Both the position numbers and the translations under genes were made by a program. The notes under the pieces are model-generated. The model ran no database searches and was not told the DNA's origin. It saw only the letters and a program-made list of their open reading frames with translations. This document shows positions 37,744 to 47,049 of a stretch of DNA of 64,000 nt, piece after piece (the first letter of the stretch is position 1; the number at the start of each line of letters is the position of its first letter). Origin of the DNA: Yoonia sp. (lineage in GTDB: Bacteria; Pseudomonadota; Alphaproteobacteria; Rhodobacterales; Rhodobacteraceae); contig NZ_JAWOAN010000097.1 of the NCBI RefSeq assembly GCF_046498525.1, positions 2,567-66,566 of the forward strand, read 5' to 3'.

Positions 37744-38925
37744 TCAGACCGCGCGCTTGAGCGCATCGGCCAGATCGGTCCGTTCCCAGCTGAACCCGCC
37801 ATCGGCTTCGGGGGGACGGCCAAAGTGCCCGTAAGCCGCCGTGCGCTGATAAATCGGCTTGTTCAGACCAAGATGCTCGCGAATGCCGCGCGGGGTCAGA
37901 TCCATCGCTTGCGCAATCGCGCGCTCTATCACCACGGGGTCCACTTCGCCCGTGCCATGGGTATCGGCATAGATCGACAACGGCTTGGCGACGCCAATCG
38001 CATAACTTAGCTGGATCGTGCATCGGTCCGCCATTCCGGCAGCCACCACGTTCTTGGCCAGATAACGCGCCGCATAAGCAGCAGAGCGGTCAACCTTGGT
38101 CGGGTCCTTGCCTGAAAACGCACCTCCACCGTGCGGAGCAGCCCCCCCGTAGGTATCCACGATGATCTTGCGCCCGGTCAGACCGGCATCGCCATCCGGA
38201 CCACCGATCACGAACTTGCCCGTCGGGTTCACCCACCATTCCGTCTTGGGGGTGATCATGCCCTCGGGAAGCACCTCAAGAATATACGGTTCCACGATTG
38301 CGCGAATGTCGGCGCTGGTCTGCGCCTCATCGCTGTGCTGGGTCGACAGGACGATCGACATGACCTCGACCGGGATACCATGCTCGTAACGCAAAGATAT
38401 CTGGCTTTTGGCATCGGGGCGCAAAGTCGGCTCTTCGCCCGATTTACGAACTTCGGCAAGTCGTCGCAGAATGGCATGGGCGTATTGGATCGGCGCCGGC
38501 ATCAGCTCTTTGGTTTCCGTCGTCGCATAACCGAACATGATCCCCTGATCACCTGCACCCTCTTCCTTGTCGAAAGCCGCATCAACGCCTTGGGCAATGT
38601 GTGCCGACTGTTGGTGCAAAAGGTTCGTGATCTCGCAGGTGGCGTGATGGAACTTATCCTGCTCGTAGCCGATATCCTTGATACAGGCGCGCGCGATATC
38701 CTCGACGCGCCCGATATAGTCCGCGAGCTTGGATTTATCCGATAATCCGACTTCGCCACCGATCACGACACGATTGGTTGTCGCAAAGGTTTCGCACGCG
38801 ACACGCGCTTCGCGTTCTTCTGTCAGGAAGGCGTCGAGTATCGAATCCGAAATCCGGTCACAGACCTTATCGGGGTGTCCTTCGGAGACTGACTCCGAAG
38901 TGAAAATATAGTTGTCGCGCGTCAT
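37744..38925 (-). CDS. metK: S-adenosylmethionine synthetase
   Basis: …[20 protein letters not shown]…[12 protein letters not shown]…[19 protein letters not shown]…. Confidence 0.97.
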   Translation of the reverse strand: MTRDNYIFTSESVSEGHPDKVCDRISDSILDAFLTEEREARVACETFATTNRVVIGGEVGLSDKSKLADYIGRVEDIARACIKDIGYEQDKFHHATCEITNLLHQQSAHIAQGVDAAFDKEEGAGDQGIMFGYATTETKELMPAPIQYAHAILRRLAEVRKSGEEPTLRPDAKSQISLRYEHGIPVEVMSIVLSTQHSDEAQTSADIRAIVEPYILEVLPEGMITPKTEWWVNPTGKFVIGGPDGDAGLTGRKIIVDTYGGAAPHGGGAFSGKDPTKVDRSAAYAARYLAKNVVAAGMADRCTIQLSYAIGVAKPLSIYADTHGTGEVDPVVIERAIAQAMDLTPRGIREHLGLNKPIYQRTAAYGHFGRPPEADGGFSWERTDLADALKRAV

Positions 38926-38931
38926 GGGGAA

Positions 38932-38978
38932 GTGCTCCGGTAAAACTCATTGCCACGTCAGGAAGCCGTTGTGGCAGC
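38932..38978 (-). promoter_or_regulatory. SAM/SAH riboswitch in the metK leader
   Basis: The minus strand reads GCUGCCACAACGGCUUCCUGACGUGGCAAUGAGUUUUACCGGAGCAC. It has a UGCCAC/GUGGCA stem, a loop AACGGCUUCCUGAC, and a 3' GGAGC (the SD) able to pair with loop GCUUCC. This closely resembles the published Rhodobacterales metK SAM/SAH motif as I recall it. Confidence 0.75.
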
Positions 38979-39013
38979 ATTAAAAACCCGCATAGGCTGT
39001 GCCTGCACGAAGG

Positions 39014-40513
39014 TCAATCGCTATCGCGCCTCGTCTGTACATACGCCCCGAAGATGAACAAAAGCAGCACGACAAAGACCGGCATATCGCCCAATCTGCT
39101 ATAGGGCGTGGCGGCAAGTGCCTCGGGCAGCGGCACGTCGATTGCACCGTCCACACCGAGTGGCAACGACGCCATGATCCGTCCTTTGGCATCAATCATC
39201 GCACTGATCCCGGTATTGGCGACACGCACCATCGGCAAGCCCTGTTCGATTGCGCGCAGACGCGCCTGTGCAAGGTGCTGACGCGGACCGGCCGCCTGAC
39301 CAAACCACGCATCATTGGTAATCAAAAGCAGCATGCGCGGACGTGTGTCGCCATATGTGATCTCTTCGGCGAAAATACCTTCATAGCAAATCAGCGGGAC
39401 GGCCAGCCCGATCCCCGGAACATCCACCGGTCCCGGTGTTTCGCCAGGTGTAAATCCGATGCCAAGGTTGCGGGCCAACCCCGTCGCCCCCATCCGCCCC
39501 AGTAGGCGCGCACCGGGTATGTATTCTCCGAAAGGGACAAGATGACGCTTGTCGTAGATGCTTTGCACCTGACCATCCGACCCCATCACGACAAGGCTGT
39601 TATAGGCCCGCCCCTGTGCGTCTCTGCGCTGGATGCCGAACACCAAAGGCGCTGTGCGCGCGGCATCCGATAGCAGGCTGAGGTCATCGTCGATATGATT
39701 AAGCAGATAGGCGATGGCGGTTTCCGGCCAAACGACAAGATCAGGCACATCGCCTTCGCCGCTCAAGCGCAACAGGCGGTCGAGGAACATTTCCGAATAG
39801 GCCGGGTCCCATTTTTGATGCTGCGGCGCATTGGGCTGGACAAGGCGCACAATCGGCAAGTCAGCGTTGTGTTGCGGCGCTGCACCGGGGCGCAGGACAA
39901 AGGACAAAGCGACGACCAAGCCCAATACAACAAGACCAAGGATGCGATTGCGCCCGGTAAGCATGGCCACAGCCAACCCACAAAGCACTGCCAAAAGGCT
40001 CAGCAGATGCGGGCCACCGAATGCGGCGGCCTGCGCCAGACCGGTCGTCACCCAGATATGGCCAAGCAACGCCCACGGAAATCCGGTGAGGATCAGCGAA
40101 CGCAGGACCTCTGCGGCGATCAACATCAAACCCAGTATGACGATACGGCTCGGCGACAGACGCGCGGCAAGCCAGGCAGCCACACCCCAAAACAGCGCAG
40201 CCCCTGCTGCCATCAGCACAAGGGCAAATGGCGCCATCCAGCCATGGCGGGCCATATCCACCAGAAAAGGCTCGACAATCCATCGCAAACTGAACGCGAA
40301 ATAGCCAAAGCCGAACGCCCAGACATGCAGGGCGGCTTGCAGGGGATTGCGCCAGACCGGATAGACGATAAACAAGGCACCCAGCGCCAGAACCGTTGCG
40401 GGCCATAGATCAAACGGAGCGTGGCCGAAACCGGCCACGGCGCCGAGTACCGCAAGGACGCACAACCGCACCCAAACCTGCTGGCCAGCAAACCGCGTGA
40501 GAATGTCAGCCAT
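39014..40513 (-). CDS. lnt: Apolipoprotein N-acyltransferase
   Basis: N-terminal polytopic domain plus a C-terminal nitrilase-like domain (…VVWPETA…ICYEGIF…). Last gene of the miaB-phoH-ybeY-corC-lnt array. Confidence 0.9.
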   Translation of the reverse strand: MADILTRFAGQQVWVRLCVLAVLGAVAGFGHAPFDLWPATVLALGALFIVYPVWRNPLQAALHVWAFGFGYFAFSLRWIVEPFLVDMARHGWMAPFALVLMAAGAALFWGVAAWLAARLSPSRIVILGLMLIAAEVLRSLILTGFPWALLGHIWVTTGLAQAAAFGGPHLLSLLAVLCGLAVAMLTGRNRILGLVVLGLVVALSFVLRPGAAPQHNADLPIVRLVQPNAPQHQKWDPAYSEMFLDRLLRLSGEGDVPDLVVWPETAIAYLLNHIDDDLSLLSDAARTAPLVFGIQRRDAQGRAYNSLVVMGSDGQVQSIYDKRHLVPFGEYIPGARLLGRMGATGLARNLGIGFTPGETPGPVDVPGIGLAVPLICYEGIFAEEITYGDTRPRMLLLITNDAWFGQAAGPRQHLAQARLRAIEQGLPMVRVANTGISAMIDAKGRIMASLPLGVDGAIDVPLPEALAATPYSRLGDMPVFVVLLLFIFGAYVQTRRDSD

Positions 40514-41396
40514 TGCGCGCAGTAGCGGAAAGCCGGACGCGCAAGCGTTTCACGCGGCGCGGATCAGCATCGACAACCTCGAATTCCGGGCCATCGGGAT
40601 GGATGATCACCTCTCCGCGCGCAGGCAGGTGACCTGCCAGCATCGTGACCAAACCGCCCAACGTATCGATTTCCTCTTCGTCGATCTCTTCGGGGTTGGT
40701 CAGGGTCATGCCGATCTCGGCCTCGAAATCGTCCAGATCGGTGCGGGCCTGCGCCAGATAGCAACCCGGCTTTTCCATGACCCAGCTTTTGGCCTCTTCG
40801 ATATCGTGTTCGTCCTCGATCTCGCCGACGACCTGTTCGATAACGTCCTCGATGGTGACAAGACCATCTGTCCCGCCATATTCGTCGATGACCAGAGCCA
40901 TGTGGATGCGCTCGGCTTGCATCTTTTGCAACAGCACTCCCAGCGGCATCGAAGGCGGCACATAAATCAGGGGGCGGACCATTGCGCGCAGATCCATGGT
41001 TTCATTCTTGCCATTAAAGCCGTGACGAAGCGCAAAATCCTTGAGGTTGGCAATGCCAATCGGTGTGTCCAGCGTCCCATCGTAAACCGGCACACGGGTC
41101 AGGCCGCTATCGCGGAACACCTCGACCAACTCGTCCTTGCTGATCGCGACAGGGACCGCCACGATATCGGGTTTGGGAATTGACACATCCTCGACGCGCA
41201 TGCGACGCAGGTTCAGCATTCCGGGAACGGAACCGGCCGATTTGACCGCAGGACGTTCCCTATCATCTTGAGACTGAGGGACAGCAGGTGGGCGAAATGC
41301 ATTGCGCAGGCGCATCAAGAGCCCCGGTGTCGTCATCGTGTGATCCGGCTGCGCGCTTTGCGCTGCGCTAGATGGACCGTCTCCTGTGTCGCCCAT
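40506..41396 (-). CDS. corC: CBS-pair + CorC/HlyC domain protein (magnesium/cobalt efflux-associated, TlyC-like)
   Basis: …[15 protein letters not shown]…[34 protein letters not shown]…. Confidence 0.85.
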   Translation of the reverse strand: MGDTGDGPSSAAQSAQPDHTMTTPGLLMRLRNAFRPPAVPQSQDDRERPAVKSAGSVPGMLNLRRMRVEDVSIPKPDIVAVPVAISKDELVEVFRDSGLTRVPVYDGTLDTPIGIANLKDFALRHGFNGKNETMDLRAMVRPLIYVPPSMPLGVLLQKMQAERIHMALVIDEYGGTDGLVTIEDVIEQVVGEIEDEHDIEEAKSWVMEKPGCYLAQARTDLDDFEAEIGMTLTNPEEIDEEEIDTLGGLVTMLAGHLPARGEVIIHPDGPEFEVVDADPRRVKRLRVRLSATARNG

Positions 41397-41429
41397 TTTG
41401 TCCTTACCTATGTGGGTCTGTAGACCCGG

Positions 41430-41918
41430 TTAATCCCTATATGGGTCAGGAATACCCAGTTTGCCAAGTATCTCTGTTTCCAAGCCTTCCATCAGGGTGG
41501 CGTCACGGCCACGCTCGTGATCGAAACCCAACAAATGAAGCGTACCATGGACCAGTAAATGAATGGTGTGATCGCGCATTGATTTGCCTGCCTCGGCAGC
41601 TTCGCGTGCACAGGTGTCATAGGCGATCGCAATGTCGCCCAGTTCCTGATCCTTGCCTACCTTGGGTGGCAACGGCATTTCGCCATCTGTGACGGCACCA
41701 CGTTCATCCGAAGGCCAACTCAGCACATTTGTAGGCCGGGGTTTTCCTCGAAAATCCTCGTTCAGAACGGCGATGCGCGCGTCGCTGCATGCCAACAGGC
41801 TGATTTCGAATGCTGCAGGTTCAACCCCGAGCCTCTCCAAAACAGCGTCGGTCGCAACCTGCGCCAGGGCGTCGATGTCGCCCCAGCGCTTATCTTCAAC
41901 CATGCAATCCACGGTCAC
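41430..41918 (-). CDS. ybeY: rRNA maturation endoribonuclease YbeY
   Basis: …HLLVHGTLHLLGFDHE… is the zinc motif. Confidence 0.9.
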   Translation of the reverse strand: MTVDCMVEDKRWGDIDALAQVATDAVLERLGVEPAAFEISLLACSDARIAVLNEDFRGKPRPTNVLSWPSDERGAVTDGEMPLPPKVGKDQELGDIAIAYDTCAREAAEAGKSMRDHTIHLLVHGTLHLLGFDHERGRDATLMEGLETEILGKLGIPDPYRD

Positions 41919-42928
41919 TTCGGGTCATCCGCCTCATAAGCCTCGATGATCGCGGCGACCAACGGATGACGCACCACATCTTTCGAGGTGAAATAGTTGA
42001 AACTGATCTTGTCGATATTCTTGAGCAACCGCTCCGCATCCCAAAGGCCCGAGTTGACGCCGCGCGGCAAATCAATCTGGGTCCGGTCGCCGGTAATCAC
42101 CATGCGGCTGCCTTCGCCCAAGCGGGTCAGAAACATCTTCATCTGCATGGTGGTCGCATTCTGCGCCTCATCCAGCACGACAAAGGCGTTCGACAGCGTG
42201 CGCCCCCGCATGAAAGCCAAAGGTGCGATCTCGATCACCTTTTCCTCGATCATCTTGGCCGATTGCTTGCCCGGCAGAAAATCATTCAGCGCATCATAAA
42301 GCGGCTGCATGTAGGGATCTACCTTTTCCTTCATGTCACCGGGAAGATAGCCTAACTTCTCGCCCGCTTCGACGGCTGGACGAGACAGGATGATCTTGTC
42401 GACATGACCGGAAATCAGCATGTTTACGCCAACGGCGACCGCGAGATATGTCTTGCCCGTCCCGGCAGGACCAATGCCAAAGGCAAGCTCGTTCTGAAAC
42501 AGCGCTTTCACATAGGCCTTCTGCGCATCCGTGCGCGGCTCGATCAGCTTCTTGCGGGTCTTGATTTCGACCCGTTCGGTTTCGCCCTTGAACAGCTCGA
42601 TCTGGTCGCCGTCGCGGGCCGGATCAAACATCGGCTCCGCGCCCATGCGCAATGCGCGGTCCAGATCACCCGGATCGAGTGTGCGCCCTGCTTCCAGACG
42701 ACTGTAAAGGGATTGCAGAACTTGGGTCGCCTCATGACGGGACTCATCCTCGCCAATCACAGCCAACTGATTGCCCCGACGCAGGATTTGCACGCCAAGC
42801 TTGTCTTCGATGGTTGTCAGGTTGCGATCATATTCGCCGCACAGGTCGATCAGCAAAAAGTTGTCAGGAAATTCCAACAGGGCTTCAGTCGCGGCTTCAG
42901 CGGGTGGGGTCAGGGCACCGGTGGCCAA
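41915..42928 (-). CDS. ybeZ: PhoH-like ATPase (YbeZ)
   Basis: …GIGPAGTGKTYLAVA…VVLDEAQN…ITGDRTQIDLP…. Confidence 0.9.
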   Translation of the reverse strand: MATGALTPPAEAATEALLEFPDNFLLIDLCGEYDRNLTTIEDKLGVQILRRGNQLAVIGEDESRHEATQVLQSLYSRLEAGRTLDPGDLDRALRMGAEPMFDPARDGDQIELFKGETERVEIKTRKKLIEPRTDAQKAYVKALFQNELAFGIGPAGTGKTYLAVAVGVNMLISGHVDKIILSRPAVEAGEKLGYLPGDMKEKVDPYMQPLYDALNDFLPGKQSAKMIEEKVIEIAPLAFMRGRTLSNAFVVLDEAQNATTMQMKMFLTRLGEGSRMVITGDRTQIDLPRGVNSGLWDAERLLKNIDKISFNYFTSKDVVRHPLVAAIIEAYEADDPK

Positions 42929-43102
42929 ACAGCTCTCCTTTGTGTCTATAGATCAGTATGGTGGCAACTCGCATGGCAAGGTGCAAGGTGTCAGACAAGA
43001 ATGTCACGCGTTTGATACCAAAAACCTGCGCAGACTTTCGCCAAAGTCTGAAATCAAGTCTTCAACAAAGATGTTTTGCCAGTTCCGGATGCAGGAATTG
43101 AA

Positions 43103-44413
43103 TCAATCCAGCAACTCGCCCTTAAGCGAATTCGGGCTGTCCTGCACCACTTTGACACGGCGGACCTGCCCGATCACCTCTGCCGGAGCATCGGCATAGA
43201 CCGCGTGCAGATATTCAGACTTGCCGATCATCTGGCCTGCTTCGCGGCCAGCTTTTTCAAACAGGACCTTCACCTCGCGCCCCACCATACCGGCCTGTGT
43301 CGCCTGCTGCTGTTCACGCAAGAGCGCCTGCAACCGTTGCAAACGCGCGTTCATCACGTCCTCGGGGAGTTGCGGCTTTTCAGCGGCGGGCGTGCCGGGG
43401 CGTGTCGAATACTTGAAAGAATATGCCTGCCCGTAGTGAACATCACGCACCAGTTGCATCGTGTCTTCGAAATCAGCTTCGGTCTCGCCGGGGAAGCCCA
43501 CGATGAAATCGCCCGAAAGCAGCAGATCGGGGCGCGCCGCGCGAATACGTTCGATCAGCCGCAGATAGCTTTCACCCGTGTGCTTGCGGTTCATCGCCTT
43601 GAGAATCCGGTCCGATCCCGATTGGACCGGCAAATGCAAGTAAGGCATCAGCTTGTCACAGGTCCCATGCGCGTCGATCAGCGCATCGTCCATGTCGTTG
43701 GGGTGGGATGTGGTGAAACGGATACGTTCCAACCCGTCGACCTTGTCCAAGGCCCAGATCAGGCCAGCCAGACCACCCTCGTGGCCGTGATAGGCATTCA
43801 CGTTCTGGCCCAGAAGCGTGATTTCCTTCACGCCGCTTTCCACCAGTTCCTGCGCCTCGCGGATAATCCGATCGGCAGGGCGCGATACTTCGGCACCCCG
43901 GGTATAGGGCACCACGCAGAAGGCGCAGAACTTGTCGCAACCTTCCTGCACCGTCAGGAACGCAGTCGGACCGCGTTTTGCCTTGGACCGTTTCTTCAGC
44001 GTGTCGAACTTATCATCATCAGGAAAATCGGTATCAATCGCTTTGGCACCCGACTGAACAACAGCGTCCATCGCAGGCAGACGGTGATAGCTTTGCGGGC
44101 CAACCACCAGATCAACCATCGGCTGACGGCGGATGATTTCCTCACCTTCGGCCTGGGCCACGCAGCCTGCAACGCCGATTTTCAAATCAGGGTTTGCAGC
44201 CTTCAGCCCCTTGAACCGCCCTAACTCGGAATAAACCTTTTCGGCGGCCTTTTCGCGGATATGGCAAGTATTGAGCAGAATCATATCCGCATCGTCCGGC
44301 GTCAGTGTTTCCACATATCCTTTACTGCCAAGCGCCTCGGCCATGCGTTCGCTGTCGTAGACGTTCATCTGACAGCCATAGGTCTTGATATACAGCTTCT
44401 TTGGCGCGGACAT
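43103..44413 (-). CDS. miaB: tRNA-2-methylthio-N6-dimethylallyladenosine synthase
   Basis: …[16 protein letters not shown]…, radical [14 protein letters not shown], and a TRAM C-terminus. Confidence 0.95.
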   Translation of the reverse strand: MSAPKKLYIKTYGCQMNVYDSERMAEALGSKGYVETLTPDDADMILLNTCHIREKAAEKVYSELGRFKGLKAANPDLKIGVAGCVAQAEGEEIIRRQPMVDLVVGPQSYHRLPAMDAVVQSGAKAIDTDFPDDDKFDTLKKRSKAKRGPTAFLTVQEGCDKFCAFCVVPYTRGAEVSRPADRIIREAQELVESGVKEITLLGQNVNAYHGHEGGLAGLIWALDKVDGLERIRFTTSHPNDMDDALIDAHGTCDKLMPYLHLPVQSGSDRILKAMNRKHTGESYLRLIERIRAARPDLLLSGDFIVGFPGETEADFEDTMQLVRDVHYGQAYSFKYSTRPGTPAAEKPQLPEDVMNARLQRLQALLREQQQATQAGMVGREVKVLFEKAGREAGQMIGKSEYLHAVYADAPAEVIGQVRRVKVVQDSPNSLKGELLD

Positions 44414-44511
44414 TGGACAAGCTCATATGTTGGGATTACCTGTGCCTTCTAACGGCTTGGTGGAATGCTTGCAATGCGGCCCGTTATCACCGATTTTGCG
44501 CGAATCTTCCA

Positions 44512-45390
44512 GCAATGCGAGCCCTCATGCACTATTCATCTCTTGCGGCTGTGGCCAGCGACGCCAAACGGTCCTTGTCAAGGGGGCCGGTTGCGCTGAT
44601 CCTTATCGAGGATGATGTCGAGGTCGCAAGTACAATTGCTTATCATTCAAAAGCGGGGTTCGCCCATCTTGTTGCCTTCTGCGCGCCAGAGCAAACGCTG
44701 CCCGCCGAACTGCCCGAGAATTTGCACCGCGCGGATTTTAATGTCAGCGCCGAGGATGCCCTGCAAACAATCACGAACACGATGATCAAAGCCCTGCCAG
44801 ACCACTGGCTCTACTACTGCTACAATGCCGAATATCTTTTTTATCCGTTCTGCGAAGACCGCAGCGTGGGGGAAATGCTCGGCTTCATGCGCGAAGAGCG
44901 GCGGGACACGGTGATGTCCTATGTCGTTGATCTTTATGTCAAGAATCTGAAAGATTACCCCAACGGGGTTGATCGCGACGATGCCTATTTTGACAAATCG
45001 GGCTATTATGCGCTCGCCCGCGAGGATGCGGAAGGAGTAGTGCTTGAACGGCAAGTCGATATCTTCGGCGGCTTGCGGTGGCGGTTCGAAGAGCACATCG
45101 CAAAGGCGCGGCAACGGACCGACCGAGTCGCATTCTTCCGCGCGCAAGCGGGGCTGAAAATGCTGCCCGACAGGTCTTTTAATGTCGCCGAATACAATAC
45201 CTATGCCTGCCCGTGGCACAACAACCTGACCGCCTCTGTCTGTTCTTTCCGCACGGCCAAGGCACTCCGGCGCAATCCGGGCAGTCGCGCGGTGATAGAT
45301 ACATTCCACTGGCCACAGTCCGAACCCTTTAACTGGCAGTCACAGCAACTTCTGGATTTGGGGCTGATGGAGTCGGGACAGTGGTTTTGA
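44512..45390 (+). CDS. Conserved hypothetical protein (no family recognised)
   Basis: Good coding look (…WLYYCYNAEYLFYPFCEDRSVGEMLGFMREERRD…GGLRWRFEEHIAKARQRTDRVAFFR…). The ORF opens at 44401 overlapping the miaB start, so I chose MRALMHYSS at 44512. Its 3' end overlaps the RAYT-like gene convergently by 62 nt. Confidence 0.55.
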   Translation, partial: AMRALMHYSSLAAVASDAKRSLSRGPVALILIEDDVEVASTIAYHSKAGFAHLVAFCAPEQTLPAELPENLHRADFNVSAEDALQTITNTMIKALPDHWLYYCYNAEYLFYPFCEDRSVGEMLGFMREERRDTVMSYVVDLYVKNLKDYPNGVDRDDAYFDKSGYYALAREDAEGVVLERQVDIFGGLRWRFEEHIAKARQRTDRVAFFRAQAGLKMLPDRSFNVAEYNTYACPWHNNLTASVCSFRTAKALRRNPGSRAVIDTFHWPQSEPFNWQSQQLLDLGLMESGQWF

Positions 45391-45862
45391 ACGCCTGCCC
45401 CATTTGACGATGTAACGAGCAGTAAGGCCAGTCACTCGGCCTCTTGACCAGACCTGCATGCAAAGGCGCCGAGCGGATAAGGTGCATATGCAGGGCTAGA
45501 TCATCGGCATCGCGGATCAGATGTTCCCAGAACCGGCGCTGCCATATCCCTTTTTCGCCACGTCTGCGGTGACTTTCGGGGATATGCGCCGGTGCAGGGA
45601 CGTGGCGCGAAAACCCTGACTTGATCATCCGCCACCGTTTCGAAAAGTCATCATCCCCGTCGGGCAAGGTCCAGATCATATGCAACTTGTCGGGGAGAAC
45701 AACAGCAGCATCAATCACAAACGGCCAGCGTTTGCGACAAACCCGCGTGGCGTCGCGCAGCAGGTCAATATGCGTGATCAGCAGGTCAGACCGGTGGTCC
45801 TGCAAACGAACAGTAAAGAAATAGGTGCCACCGGGCACGCGAAGGCGACGATAGTTGGACAT
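45329..45862 (-). CDS. REP-associated tyrosine transposase (RAYT, IS200/IS605 Y1 family)-like protein, apparently degenerate
   Basis: MSNYRRLRVPGGTYFFTVRL…VVLPDKLHMIWTLPDGDDDFSKRWRMIK…IWQRRFWEHLIRD…SDWPYCS aligns by eye with E. coli YafM-type RAYTs. It has KLH where the HUH motif (HMH) is expected and no Tyr in the …HMHLIRSAPLHAGLV segment. Confidence 0.7.
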   Translation of the reverse strand: MSNYRRLRVPGGTYFFTVRLQDHRSDLLITHIDLLRDATRVCRKRWPFVIDAAVVLPDKLHMIWTLPDGDDDFSKRWRMIKSGFSRHVPAPAHIPESHRRRGEKGIWQRRFWEHLIRDADDLALHMHLIRSAPLHAGLVKRPSDWPYCSLHRQMGQAFKTTVPTPSAPNPEVAVTAS

Positions 45863-45932
45863 TACGGCAGCGTCGCGCTGCAAGGTTAATTAATTATGAA
45901 ACTCTACGGTTATTTCTGATCCACCAGACCCG

Positions 45933-46349
45933 TCAGGTCCGTCGCAGCCGGATCACCACATCCACAGATGCAATTTCCGCCCCTTCGGGCGCGTCCGGTA
46001 AATGACGGATTTCCAACTGCTCTGCGGGGGCATCGGTCAGCTTGGCCGTGTCTTCCCAATAAAAATGCGGATGATCGGTCATATTGGTGTCAAAATAGCT
46101 TTTCGATCCATCGACCGTAATCTCACGCATCAGCCCCGCATCGCAGAAAGCACGCAGCGTGTTATAGACCGTTGCCAGCGACACTTTCTCGTCCGCGTTC
46201 GATGCGGCGTCAAACAGGCTCTCGGCCGTCACATGCCGATCCTGCCCATCGCCCACCAGCAATGACGCCAGCGTCATCCGTTGCCGCGTCGGACGCAGCC
46301 CGGCTCCGGCCAACCACTTGGTAGTGCGCTCTGTCGCTGTATCTGACAT
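45933..46349 (-). CDS. irr: Fur-family iron response regulator Irr
   Basis: …LRPTRQRMTLASLL…VSLATVYNTLRAFCDAGLMREI…DHPHFYWED…. Sits in the alphaproteobacterial position divergent from fabA. AGAGGGA lies before the ATG at 46349. Confidence 0.8.
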   Translation of the reverse strand: MSDTATERTTKWLAGAGLRPTRQRMTLASLLVGDGQDRHVTAESLFDAASNADEKVSLATVYNTLRAFCDAGLMREITVDGSKSYFDTNMTDHPHFYWEDTAKLTDAPAEQLEIRHLPDAPEGAEIASVDVVIRLRRT

Positions 46350-46499
46350 GATCCCTCTTTTTGACAATTGTTCTCATCTATATGGTAAGAATATCCCCCG
46401 GATCAAATAAAAACACTCAGAAAACTGGCGCACTTGCCCTCATAAACCGCAGAGTGATAGAGGTCAGAGGAAGCAGTTAAGAAGAATGAGACCGGTCAG

Positions 46500-47009
46500 A
46501 TGGCGGATTATCCAACCTATTTCGACAAAGAAGCCCTGCTGAAATGTTCGCGCGGCGAGCTTTTCGGCGAAGGAAATGCACAGCTCCCTGCCCCGCCCAT
46601 GTTGATGATGGACAGGATCACCGACATCTCTGGCGATGGCGGCGAACACGGCAAGGGCCATGTGGTGGCAGAGTTCGATATCACGCCTGACCTGTGGTTC
46701 TTTGAATGTCACTTCCCCGGTAACCCGATCATGCCCGGCTGCCTTGGGCTTGACGGTTTGTGGCAGTTGACCGGTTTCAACCTTGGCTGGCGCGGCTGGC
46801 AGGGGCGCGGCTATGCACTGGGCGTCGGCGAGGTAAAGCTTACCGGTATGGTCCGTCCGGACCGCAAGATGCTGACTTACAAGGTAGATTTCACCAAAGC
46901 CATTCAGACCCGCCGCCTGACAATGGGTGTCGCCAACGGCATCGTTGAGGCTGATGGCGAGGTCATTTATGAAGTCAAAGATATGAAGGTCGCCCTGTCC
47001 GAGAGCTAG
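46500..47009 (+). CDS. fabA: 3-hydroxydecanoyl-ACP dehydratase/isomerase
   Basis: …LLKCSRGELFGEGNAQLPAPPMLMMDRITDIS…FFECHFPGNPIMPGCLGLDGLWQL…. Confidence 0.95.
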   Translation: MADYPTYFDKEALLKCSRGELFGEGNAQLPAPPMLMMDRITDISGDGGEHGKGHVVAEFDITPDLWFFECHFPGNPIMPGCLGLDGLWQLTGFNLGWRGWQGRGYALGVGEVKLTGMVRPDRKMLTYKVDFTKAIQTRRLTMGVANGIVEADGEVIYEVKDMKVALSES

Positions 47010-47049
47010 AGCTCTGGATCTGGCGTCCCAGCTTAAAGGAGAGGTGCCT

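Noticed and set aside
45886-45900. CtrA-box-like TTAA-N7-TGAA between the RAYT-like gene and irr.
   Set aside because: One half-site is mismatched, it is a single occurrence in an AT-rich patch, and there is no cell-cycle gene context.
46361-46395. Imperfect inverted repeat TTCTCA-N9-TAAGAA and a TTGACA hexamer in the irr-fabA spacer, as a possible Irr/ICE box or promoter.
   Set aside because: The spacing and sequence do not match the ICE motif (TTTAGAA-N3-TTCTAAA type) as I remember it. No -10 element lies at a proper distance from the TTGACA.
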